DNA from: an uncultured Eubacteriales bacterium
GTDB lineage: Bacteria > Bacillota > Clostridia > Monoglobales > Monoglobaceae
Reading direction: 5' to 3'
DNA: 30,828 nt
NCBI GenBank assembly: GCA_900555375.1
Contig: USLC01000001.1
Location: forward strand, 1-30,828
Notes under the pieces: generated by a model
The model's database searches: none
Seen by the model: the letters and a program-made list of their open reading frames with translations, nothing else
Told to the model about the DNA's origin: nothing
Position numbers and translations under genes: made by a program
Part shown: positions 19,091 through 27,402 of the stretch, in pieces
How positions within the stretch are numbered: position 1 is the stretch's first letter
Layout: every line of letters starts with the position of its first letter

Positions 19091-20086
19091 TTAGTCAATG
19101 TTTATTCTTATCGCAACCGACTGCGGCGGAATACTCATCGTTACCGCCTCTGCGTGCGTCCCTGAAATTTTGCTTCCAACCTTTATTTCATCGGCTGTTG
19201 CCTTCTCGCCGTCCTTGCCTTTGGTTATAACCGTGTCTTCGCTGATTACCAGTCTTATCGCATCGGTATCCTTTCCTGCTTCGCCGACGGTTATCATACC
19301 GTCCTCAATCTCGGTCACCGTTCCGCTGAATCCAAACTCGTTTTTTGCTTCGCTTTGGTCCGCATCCGTGGGGAGATTTTCTATGATTATGCGCTCTGCA
19401 GTATTCTGCGGAGGAAGGCTTGCGGTCATAACGTCACCGTACTCAACGCCCAGAACCATATCGGGCTTTATCTCGTCGGCAGAAACTTCCTCTCCGTTTG
19501 CAAATATCCGTGTATCCTTGCTTATTCTTACAACAACTTCGCCAAGGTAGCTGTCTGCCACGGTAAGCGAACCGTCTTCGTTTACACTTGTAACGGTTAC
19601 GATTGCGGGGTCTACTATCTTATATGTTCCGTCTGCCTCAATGTTATAGTATCCGCCCACAATTTCGGTTACAAACGCAAGCGGTACATATGTTACGCTG
19701 TCGTCAACAAGCGTGGGCGCCGCTCCGAGGGGTTCGCCCGCATGGCGCGAAAATGCGTATGAATCCTTATCAATAGCCATCTTGATGTACTGCGCGCCCT
19801 TTGTAAGCTCGATTGACATATTTTCTCCGTTCCAGTCCACGCGATAGCCGAGGGCTTCGCCCACCATACGGAGAGGTATCATCTTTACGCCGTTAATTTC
19901 TTTAACGTTTACGCCTTTTACAACAGCACCGTTTATCTCCGCCGATGTCGGCTCAGCCGAAGGTCTTGTAACAGTTCCGTCCGGAACCGCGGTTACTTCG
20001 GGCTCTTCCGCCGCAAAAGCCGCTCCTGTTGAAACCATTCCCATAATTGCCGCCGATGCAAATAATCTCTTTACATTTTTGTTCAT
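19091..20086 (-). CDS. Secreted/cell-surface protein: copper-amine-oxidase N-terminal-like domain plus two T.SxPPQ-containing repeats
   Basis: AAGGAGG RBS; signal peptide ending AFA; MIPLRMVGEALGYRVDWN...LGAAPTLVDDSVTYVPLAFVTEI; repeats MTASLPPQNTAERI and VTMSIPPQSVAIRI (DUF3221/YobA-like by recollection). Confidence 0.8.
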   Translation of the reverse strand: MNKNVKRLFASAAIMGMVSTGAAFAAEEPEVTAVPDGTVTRPSAEPTSAEINGAVVKGVNVKEINGVKMIPLRMVGEALGYRVDWNGENMSIELTKGAQYIKMAIDKDSYAFSRHAGEPLGAAPTLVDDSVTYVPLAFVTEIVGGYYNIEADGTYKIVDPAIVTVTSVNEDGSLTVADSYLGEVVVRISKDTRIFANGEEVSADEIKPDMVLGVEYGDVMTASLPPQNTAERIIIENLPTDADQSEAKNEFGFSGTVTEIEDGMITVGEAGKDTDAIRLVISEDTVITKGKDGEKATADEIKVGSKISGTHAEAVTMSIPPQSVAIRINID

Positions 20087-20152
20087 CTTTTTATCCTCCT
20101 TAAATCTCTTGTGGTTTTGCTTAATCCAAGCGTTTTTATTGCGCTTATTATA

Positions 20153-20180
20153 TTAGACGAGGCGATATTTAAAAAGTTCC
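20153..20180 (-). promoter_or_regulatory. ECF sigma-type promoter
   Basis: Minus strand GGAAC-TTTTTAAATATCGCCT (16 nt)-CGTCTAA, i.e. AAC-N16-CGTC with a T-tract after the -35. Confidence 0.7.
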
Positions 20181-20199
20181 TTAATTTTCTGAAGTTTTT

Positions 20200-20232
20200 A
20201 AAAAAAAAGAGACCGTCTCATCTGACGGTCTC
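20200..20232 (-). terminator. Rho-independent terminator of the SLH-peptidase gene
   Basis: GAGACCGTC-6 nt-GACGGTCTC followed on the minus strand by a T9 run. Confidence 0.9.
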
Positions 20233-20240
20233 CTGTTATG

Positions 20241-21629
20241 TTATTTACCCAAATACGTAAAGTGCATATAATCAACTGTTCCGTTTATCCACGCATTTCC
20301 GCCCCAAAGCCATCCGTACTTTGCAAATGTCTGAACAACCGTTCCGTCCGACGGGAACGAATATACGGATTTTGACGGGTCATAAAAAGTACCTATTGTC
20401 GTGCCGCTTGCGTAAACGGTATAGTTCTCATTATAGTTAAGGTCTATTACCGTTCCGTAGTTATGGTCGGAATATAATCCGCTTGCCATTGAATTACGCC
20501 ACGCATAAGCCGTTGCATTCTTTATCGGCGGTTTATCGTCGGAATTGAATATCTCGTCAAATATCGCCGTAACATCATCTTTCAATACAGAATTAATTTT
20601 AAACGTTAGCGTTGACGCGTACTTTTCATTAGCCTCGTTCAGCTTCCACACATTGACGGTAACCTCGGTCATATGAGCCTCTGCTTCTTCCTTTGAAGTA
20701 TATTTAACTCCGTCGGGGAAGATTCTTGCCTCTTTCTCTGCCGCCTCTCCAGATGCAAGCGTCTCTGTATAAGTCTTAAGTCTGTACTTTCCGTCCTTGC
20801 TGGGAATCTGCAGCGGCGTTCCGCTGGGCGCAGTCTCGGTGCTTCCCTGCCACGTTGTGTCCTCGTCCGCCGCAGACGGATTGCTTGCATAACGCAAAGC
20901 CACCGTTGCACCCGAGGGAAGAACTATCGTCTTTATCAGCGTATAAAGCGTCTTTCCGCTTGAATCCTTATTGTCACGCATTGTGGTCTTAATCTGACCC
21001 TCATAATTCTTGCCATAAAGTATGTAGCAGCGGTATGCGATTATAGCCGCCTCCTCACGCGTAACGGGGTCCTTCGGTCTGAACATTCCAGTGTCTCCGT
21101 CGCCTGCCATAAGATGATTGTCAAGCATAAAGGCAACGTGATTCTTTGCCCAGTAATCAATCTCGTCCGCGTCCTTCACGTCCGAAAAGACATTCTCCGA
21201 CGGAAAATACGGGCTTAAAACCCCCGCAGAGTCAAGCAGACTTGTCATAATTTTGCACATTTCCTGTCTGGTAAGCGTTCCCTGAGGGAAGAAATGCCCC
21301 TCTCCGTCACCGCTTACCAAGCCCGTATAAAATGCCATATTGGCAAATGGGCTGTCTGTATCATTAAACGGATTTTTAGGATTGGTTGATACATTTTCCG
21401 CTGTAAGAGTGGCGTAAAGGTTTATTGCCACATTTACAAAGTCTGACCTTGAAATCGGCAGACTGAACGATTTTGTAGAATATTCTTCGGATATAATACT
21501 GAGATTTGTTGCGCTTTTAACCGCATCCGCAGCCCACGAGTTCGGCTCAAACGCCGAAACCTGCACCTGCGAAGCAGCTATTGTAAAAGCAGCCGCAAGA
21601 CCTATAAGTCTCTTTGCATATTTTCTCAA
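20241..21629 (-). CDS. SLH-domain-anchored M15-family (Peptidase_M15_4-like) peptidoglycan peptidase
   Basis: AGAGGTGA RBS then TTG 21629; signal peptide; three SLH repeats (ISRSDF, LTRQEM, FRPKDPVTREEAA); C-terminal R...SDHNYGTVIDLN and GWLWGG.W...DYMHF zinc motifs. Confidence 0.88.
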   Translation of the reverse strand: MRKYAKRLIGLAAAFTIAASQVQVSAFEPNSWAADAVKSATNLSIISEEYSTKSFSLPISRSDFVNVAINLYATLTAENVSTNPKNPFNDTDSPFANMAFYTGLVSGDGEGHFFPQGTLTRQEMCKIMTSLLDSAGVLSPYFPSENVFSDVKDADEIDYWAKNHVAFMLDNHLMAGDGDTGMFRPKDPVTREEAAIIAYRCYILYGKNYEGQIKTTMRDNKDSSGKTLYTLIKTIVLPSGATVALRYASNPSAADEDTTWQGSTETAPSGTPLQIPSKDGKYRLKTYTETLASGEAAEKEARIFPDGVKYTSKEEAEAHMTEVTVNVWKLNEANEKYASTLTFKINSVLKDDVTAIFDEIFNSDDKPPIKNATAYAWRNSMASGLYSDHNYGTVIDLNYNENYTVYASGTTIGTFYDPSKSVYSFPSDGTVVQTFAKYGWLWGGNAWINGTVDYMHFTYLGK

Positions 21630-21670
21630 AACAGTCACCTCTTTAATCAAATTTTAAAAAATTCAAAGTC

Positions 21671-21699
21671 ATTATAACACATTTTTTTAAAAAAAGCAA
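21671..21699 (-). promoter_or_regulatory. Sigma-A promoter with extended -10 for the SLH-peptidase gene
   Basis: Minus strand TTGCTT, 17 nt, TG-t-TATAAT. Confidence 0.75.
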
Positions 21700-21772
21700 C
21701 TGCTGCATCCGTTTTGTAGCAGAATTGTAATGAATACATATTCTGTTTTTAAAAAATATATAAAAAATCTTG

Positions 21773-22324
21773 TTACTGTGCGGTAAATTTACGCAGCCGC
21801 TTTGCCAGTGCCGCGGCTATAAAGCAGGTTACGATATCCTTTGGAGCAGTCAGAATAAAAAAGCTGAATATAAAATTCTTAATCTCAACCTCTGCCCCCA
21901 TATAAAACACCTTCATCAGATAATAATAAACCATTCCGAAAAAGTATATAACCCCCATTGCCGCGAAAGCCGCGCCGAGAAGCCTCGGGTACGAACCGCT
22001 GTTTGCAATCATTCCGCTCAGCACCGCCCCTGCGGCAAAGCCGATTATGTATCCGAAGGTAGGCATAACAACGCTTCCTATTCCTCCGCTTCCGCCGGCA
22101 AATACGGGCAGCCCCGCAAGCCCCAGAAGCATATATACCAACACGCTTAAGCCGCCGTACTTCGGGCCGAGCGTAAGCCCCGCAAGCACGACAAAAAGAG
22201 TCTGAAGCGTGAACGGAACAGGCGGAACAGGCACCTTTATGTACGCTCCCACTATGATAAGCGCCGCAAAAAGCGCACTCATTACATATCCTTTAAGCGA
22301 CTTTTTTATTTTTGATTCTGTCAT
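21773..22324 (-). CDS. bioY: Biotin ECF transporter S-component BioY
   Basis: ALFAALIIVGA, PVPFTLQT, YMLLGLAGLPVFAGG, PTFGYIIGF; ATG 22324 is spaced 8 nt from a GGGGG RBS. Confidence 0.94.
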   Translation of the reverse strand: MTESKIKKSLKGYVMSALFAALIIVGAYIKVPVPPVPFTLQTLFVVLAGLTLGPKYGGLSVLVYMLLGLAGLPVFAGGSGGIGSVVMPTFGYIIGFAAGAVLSGMIANSGSYPRLLGAAFAAMGVIYFFGMVYYYLMKVFYMGAEVEIKNFIFSFFILTAPKDIVTCFIAAALAKRLRKFTAQ

Positions 22325-22360
22325 AGCCATTACCCCCGAAAAATCTCAAATTTCTTTGTA

Positions 22361-22389
22361 ATTATACCATTTTTGGCCATATAGGTCAA
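22361..22389 (-). promoter_or_regulatory. Sigma-A promoter for bioY
   Basis: Minus strand TTGACC, 17 nt, TG-g-TATAAT. Confidence 0.85.
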
Positions 22390-22432
22390 TATACAATAAT
22401 GCGATATCTGTATCTGTTATATTACTACAATA

Positions 22433-22471
22433 CTTATTTTAGCTAATTTGACAAAGCTTATTTTAGCTAAT
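22433..22471 (+). repeat. Perfect 15-bp direct repeat CTTATTTTAGCTAAT (24-bp period) flanking TTGACA
   Basis: Copies at 22433-22447 and 22457-22471. Confidence 0.85.
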
Positions 22472-22561
22472 ACGCCACTTTTATTTGTACGCAACCTATG
22501 TTATAATATAATGTGTAATTATATTTATTTTGTACATATACGCTGCAAGGGCACACGGGGG

Positions 22562-25378
22562 GTGATTCCGATCAGAGCCAAAATACTGTCATTTATCCAA
22601 AAGGTTTTTGTCCTTTTTCTGGCGTGCCTTATGATTATATTTGTTGTCCCCGTCTGGATATTTCCCGACTATGACGCACCGAGCGCCGAGGGTGATTTTG
22701 TGCGCCTCTCCGCCTCCTCCGCAGTATATGCGGACAAAGGCTTTGAAGGCTCCGAAGCCGTTCCCGTGGGCAACGGCTCTTCGATATATCTTAAATACAG
22801 TCTTTTAAGATTTTCTAAAATAAGCACCGATGAGATAAAAGAGGTCAGACTTCGCCTTTCCTTCCTTGCGGGAAGCGGAGGATTGCGCAACAATATAGCC
22901 GTCGGCGTAACCGATACCGATGACAAATCAACCTCTGACAAATCGGCTGCTTTGTCTTATGCAATCCGTCCCGTTTTTGACATACTTCACCCCGACACCG
23001 CGCGCGGCGACAGCCTTGCAGAGCTTGATGTAACCGAGTATGCAAAATCCGTGCTTTCGGCAGGCAAAACCGACATTATTTTTATGATATATTCAACCGA
23101 CTCAATTCCTGTGCTGATGGCATCTTCATCAAACGAAGACCCCGCATACCGCCCCTACCTTAAGGTTGTAACAGGTATGGCAAATGATACCGATGCGCCG
23201 TCCCTTTCAAAGGTTTCTCTGTCAGACTGCGCTTTTGTCTCTCAGGGTCAGCCCGACAAACGCGGAATTTCTTTAGGCTCGGGAGAAGTTGTCACCGTCG
23301 GCGGCGGAAACGAAATTTATATGAAGTTTAAACTGAACCGAGACGCAATCTCCGGCACTCTCTACCGTGCGCGCCTTTACCTCTCCAAAAACAGCGGAAA
23401 AGGTAAAATTAAAATCTGCACGGTGGACAACAACGAATGGTCAAGCGAGCTTATTTCATATGCCTCGCGGCCGCAGGGTTCGCAGTCTCTTCCCACCGAG
23501 TATACAGTCTCAAACAACGGCGAGCTTTTACTGGACATATCTCAGCAGATATGCGATGCCGCAGCCGCATCGGACATAATAACGCTTAAAATCACGGGGG
23601 TTGAAAACAGCGAAATAAATATACAAAGCGCCTCTTCGCAGTTTGCCCCAAAGCTGTATCTGAACACCTCGGCTCACGCAGAAATCGGGTGCGCGGAAAG
23701 CGCGGCGCTGTCGGCCCTCGGCAACAATACCCCCGCCTATGTTATGAAGAACCTGACCGAGACGTATCAGGACGGCAGCGGAAAGACAGCCAAGCTGCGC
23801 TGGGAGGAATACGATTTAAACGGCAAAAATATCAACAATGCCCATATTTCATCAAACGGAAGCATCACCCGTCCCAAATGGTTTGAGGGCGGTGTAAGCG
23901 TTGTTGCCTCCGCTGCAATCAAGTGCGACAGTTACTCTATAAAACGCAGTTATTCCATAACCATTCCTGCCGAGGCTCCGCCCGATTATACCAAATACAG
24001 CTTCGGCAACTATATTGACATAGGAAACACCCAAAGCGAGGATTCGCAGAAGTTTGAAAGCGTAAACATCAGCCCTCCCAAAAAGCGCAGGGTAAGCGGA
24101 CGGCAATTCTCTTACAGAAGTCCCGAAGACGGAGGGGTTATGGTTTTAAACTTTGTGTGCAATCCCGACCTGCAAAATTACCTCACTCTTAAATTCCGCT
24201 GTGAGGACGAGGCAGCAGGCAAAATCTTTATAGCCGAATCAAATAATCCCGAAAACCTGACAGAGCTGACCGCACCCGAGTTTAAAAACAGCCAAAGCAA
24301 GCGTTTTGTGTATGCAACATATGCCCTCCCGCAGGAATTTACCGATGGGAAAAAGCAAGTCAGCCTCTGCCTCAGCTTCAGCTCTGACGAGCGCTTAAAC
24401 AATCAGGCTGATATATACGCCGCATACCTTACACAGTCACCGTATTTTGAACCTAAGCAATTTTCAAAGCAGGGCGAGACGGTGATAACAGAGCCATATC
24501 TCGGGGCAAATGCCGCAATGGAATTTGTAAACACTCTGCTTGCCTTCTCTGTATCGGGAATAAGCGACCTTATCTTCCCCGAACAAAACAGCGCCGCGCC
24601 TCAAAACGGAACCACGGAAAGCAAGCCCGTATACAGTCTCGGCGAAAACGCTGTGCTGTTTGAAGGTGAAGAAGCCAATATCGCATTTTCATTTAACAAA
24701 GAGCAAGGGTATGCCGATATATATCAAAGGACAACCTATTACGACCGATATTGCGCTCATTGTCCCATAACTTCGGACGGCGTACTTACCGCGGCGGACT
24801 TCGGAAGCTACAAACTGATTATAAACAGGTCGGAATCCGAAACCAAAAATATCCCCGTAAATCAACTTGAATTTTCGGGTGTATATAAAGACATCGTCAG
24901 CGGTAAGTACTACTCCTTTTCCGAAGGCCTGCAAAGAACGGATGACAGCGCCGTTCCCGAAAGCGTTTCGGTCTTGGATGGCAACGACCTTAAAGCAAAT
25001 CCGAATCAGGTTATTCTTCTTTCAAGAATTTCCGAACCGGTTCAAGGCTCTGACTGGCGTGTAAGCACTATAAACGGAAAAAGCGTATCAGAGCTAACCT
25101 ATACATCTCCGCAGAAGATTGACAGCATATCGGTTAAATCCGTTGGTGACTTCCCGTCGGACACAGACAGTATTGAAGTCATATTCAGCGTTTTCAGGGA
25201 CGGCAAGCTGGTTAAAATGTATAAGTCAACCGTAAGCGTTATTGAGAGCATCCCCGTATACAACATCGATACCTCAGGCTTTGACCTGTACCTTGACAAA
25301 ACTGCCGAGCTTCGCATTTTTATCACGGATAACCACAGCCCAGCAAACGAGATAAAACCCAAGCTTGAACTTCCGTAA
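22562..25378 (+). CDS. Large membrane-anchored/secreted multi-domain protein (two DNRLRE/CBM96-like beta domains, an Ig-like domain, further unassigned modules)
   Basis: Long ORF with N-terminal hydrophobic helix; repeated pattern YLKY/YMKF...RLRL/RLYL...LDVT/LDIS...RPYL/APKL; ISSNGSITRP Ig-like segment; start uncertain (GTG 22562 or ATC 22571; TTG 22448 lies within promoter DNA). Confidence 0.65.
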   Translation: MIPIRAKILSFIQKVFVLFLACLMIIFVVPVWIFPDYDAPSAEGDFVRLSASSAVYADKGFEGSEAVPVGNGSSIYLKYSLLRFSKISTDEIKEVRLRLSFLAGSGGLRNNIAVGVTDTDDKSTSDKSAALSYAIRPVFDILHPDTARGDSLAELDVTEYAKSVLSAGKTDIIFMIYSTDSIPVLMASSSNEDPAYRPYLKVVTGMANDTDAPSLSKVSLSDCAFVSQGQPDKRGISLGSGEVVTVGGGNEIYMKFKLNRDAISGTLYRARLYLSKNSGKGKIKICTVDNNEWSSELISYASRPQGSQSLPTEYTVSNNGELLLDISQQICDAAAASDIITLKITGVENSEINIQSASSQFAPKLYLNTSAHAEIGCAESAALSALGNNTPAYVMKNLTETYQDGSGKTAKLRWEEYDLNGKNINNAHISSNGSITRPKWFEGGVSVVASAAIKCDSYSIKRSYSITIPAEAPPDYTKYSFGNYIDIGNTQSEDSQKFESVNISPPKKRRVSGRQFSYRSPEDGGVMVLNFVCNPDLQNYLTLKFRCEDEAAGKIFIAESNNPENLTELTAPEFKNSQSKRFVYATYALPQEFTDGKKQVSLCLSFSSDERLNNQADIYAAYLTQSPYFEPKQFSKQGETVITEPYLGANAAMEFVNTLLAFSVSGISDLIFPEQNSAAPQNGTTESKPVYSLGENAVLFEGEEANIAFSFNKEQGYADIYQRTTYYDRYCAHCPITSDGVLTAADFGSYKLIINRSESETKNIPVNQLEFSGVYKDIVSGKYYSFSEGLQRTDDSAVPESVSVLDGNDLKANPNQVILLSRISEPVQGSDWRVSTINGKSVSELTYTSPQKIDSISVKSVGDFPSDTDSIEVIFSVFRDGKLVKMYKSTVSVIESIPVYNIDTSGFDLYLDKTAELRIFITDNHSPANEIKPKLELP

Positions 25379-25383
25379 CAAAA

Positions 25384-25421
25384 AAACAAGAGCCGCACTC
25401 AATTGAGTGCGGCTCTTGTTT
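25384..25421. terminator. Perfect 38-bp palindrome acting as bidirectional terminator
   Basis: AAACAAGAGCCGCACTCAA|TTGAGTGCGGCTCTTGTTT between convergent stops. Confidence 0.88.
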
Positions 25422-25424
25422 ATA

Positions 25425-27194
25425 TTATTTCTCCGCCTTTTTTAACGAATACTTCTTTTTGTACATATTGTACTTTTCAACAAAATCGTTTTCATCATCA
25501 TTCTTAACGTGACTTAAATAATCGTGAGTTTCAAGTGCCTCGTTGTTCGGCGCAATCAGCGATACCGCTATGTTTGAACAATGTCCCGCTATTCTTTCGT
25601 ACGCTATAAGCAAATCCGAGAGAATAAATCCCATTTCAACTGTACAGGCTCCGTCCCTCAAACGCTGAACCTGATTGTTTTTAATCTTATGCTTAAGCTT
25701 GTCTATAAGCTGGTCAAGTGGTTCTACCTTCTTTGCCTCTTCAAGGTCGTCACTGTACAATGCCTTTGAAGTAATCTCAATTATTTCTTTAACCGCGCTG
25801 CCCATAACCTTCATATCATCCGTTACTTTATCAGGAAATACAATGTTTTTTTCGTGTATTTCTTTTGCGGCACGCATAATATTCACAGAGTGGTCAGATA
25901 TCCTTTCAATATCCCCTACCGAGTGCAGAAGCCTTGTTACCTCAACGCTGTCTTTTGAATTAAGCTCGCGCGAAGAAATTTTCACAAGGTAAGAGCTTGT
26001 CTTATCTTCATACTTATCAACCTCGCCTTCCCACTCTTTAATGCGGCTTGCGATACTTTTATCATATTTATGAAGCAGCTCGGTTGCCTCAATTACTCCT
26101 TTTTTGGTAATCTCCGCCATCTCGCATACAACATCGCGGCACTTCTCAACCGCAAAAGAAGGCATCGACAAAAATCTGTCATCAAGTGTTGCAAAAATAT
26201 CCTTCTCCTGCTTTTCGCCCTTAATCGTAACCTTTGCCAGCTTTTCTATTTTGTCACAGAAAGGCATAAGAATTATCGTTGATATTATATTAAACAGCGT
26301 ATGAATAATAGCGATTGTCAAAACACTTACATTCATATTTCCGTCCATAATCGGAAATTTAAAGATTGCGTTTAATATATAAAACGCGGTTGCAACTATT
26401 ATTACGCCAATCATCTTGATATATACGCACGATGCGGCAACCCGCTTTGCCTGAACGTTACCCGTTATAGAAGAAAGTACGGGCGTAATGGTTGTTCCTA
26501 TATTCTGACCCAAAATAATCGGTATAGCCGTTGAGTACGGAATCGCCCCCGTCAGCGATAACGCCTGAAGGATTCCGACAGACGCCGATGAAGACTGTAT
26601 TATCGCCGTGAACAATGTACCCACAATAATGCCCATTACAGGGTTTGAGAACATAACAAGCATCCGCGAGAACGACTCGCTCTCTTTAAGCCCTTCCATA
26701 GAGCCGCTCATCATATCCATTCCGAACATCAGTATTGCAAATCCAATCAAAATAGAACCGATATTCTTTTTTTGGTCGCTTGAATTTGCCATTATCATTA
26801 TAATGCCTATAACGGCAAGTATCGGCGAAAAAGATTCGGGCTTAACCAACCGCAGAATAAAATTCTCTCCGTTAATTCCCGTTAAGCTGAGAAGCCACGC
26901 CGTAACCGTTGTGCCTATATTTGCGCCCAGAATTATGCTTATAGTCTGCGACAGCTTCATTATCCCCGAATTTACAAATCCGACAAGCATAACGGTTGTT
27001 GCGGAGGACGACTGAATAATAGCCGTAACGCTTAGCCCGAGCAGGAAACCTTTAAAACGGTTTGAAGTAAGCTTTGCAAGAAACATCTCAAGCCGTCCGC
27101 CCGCAAGCTTTTTAAGCCCATCGCCCATAAGCTCCATACCATACAAGAAAAGTGCCAATCCGCCCAAAAGCGTCAGGACAGAAAACAAATCCAT
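25425..27194 (-). CDS. Na+/phosphate cotransporter family protein with C-terminal PhoU-like domains
   Basis: GGLALFLYGM; two QSSS repeats (TAIIQSSSATT, TAIIQSSSASV); GANIGTT/GQNIGTT; ERISDHSVNI and ERIAGHCSNIA PhoU-like motifs. Confidence 0.94.
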   Translation of the reverse strand: MDLFSVLTLLGGLALFLYGMELMGDGLKKLAGGRLEMFLAKLTSNRFKGFLLGLSVTAIIQSSSATTVMLVGFVNSGIMKLSQTISIILGANIGTTVTAWLLSLTGINGENFILRLVKPESFSPILAVIGIIMIMANSSDQKKNIGSILIGFAILMFGMDMMSGSMEGLKESESFSRMLVMFSNPVMGIIVGTLFTAIIQSSSASVGILQALSLTGAIPYSTAIPIILGQNIGTTITPVLSSITGNVQAKRVAASCVYIKMIGVIIVATAFYILNAIFKFPIMDGNMNVSVLTIAIIHTLFNIISTIILMPFCDKIEKLAKVTIKGEKQEKDIFATLDDRFLSMPSFAVEKCRDVVCEMAEITKKGVIEATELLHKYDKSIASRIKEWEGEVDKYEDKTSSYLVKISSRELNSKDSVEVTRLLHSVGDIERISDHSVNIMRAAKEIHEKNIVFPDKVTDDMKVMGSAVKEIIEITSKALYSDDLEEAKKVEPLDQLIDKLKHKIKNNQVQRLRDGACTVEMGFILSDLLIAYERIAGHCSNIAVSLIAPNNEALETHDYLSHVKNDDENDFVEKYNMYKKKYSLKKAEK

Positions 27195-27247
27195 AAATCA
27201 TACCTCCGTATTAAACACAGCCCAATATTCAACTGACTCCAATATAT

Positions 27248-27275
27248 ATCATACCATATTTTTCATAAAAGTCAA
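27248..27275 (-). promoter_or_regulatory. Sigma-A promoter for the Na/Pi cotransporter
   Basis: Minus strand TTGACT, 16 nt, TG-g-TATGAT. Confidence 0.7.
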
Positions 27276-27358
27276 CATTAAAACTCACATTCTGTCTACA
27301 TTAACGATTTTACCGTACAACACGGCGAATTTTATAGTTAACCTGATATCGGCTGCCA

Positions 27359-27396
27359 GACTAAAGAGACTGCCGAAAACGGCAGTCTCTTTAGTC
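27359..27396 (-). terminator. 17-bp hairpin, probable terminator after cdsA
   Basis: GACTAAAGAGACTGCCG-aaaa-CGGCAGTCTCTTTAGTC, 6 nt past the cdsA stop. Confidence 0.85.
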
Positions 27397-27402
27397 ATTA
27401 TT

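Noticed and set aside
21700..21722. CTGCTGCA...TGTAGCAG hairpin after bioY as a terminator
   Set aside because: It has an A-C mismatch on the transcribed strand and an interrupted U-tract; not convincing.
22448..22561. N-terminal 38 codons of the 976 aa ORF
   Set aside because: They run through promoter elements and the direct repeat and have no RBS.
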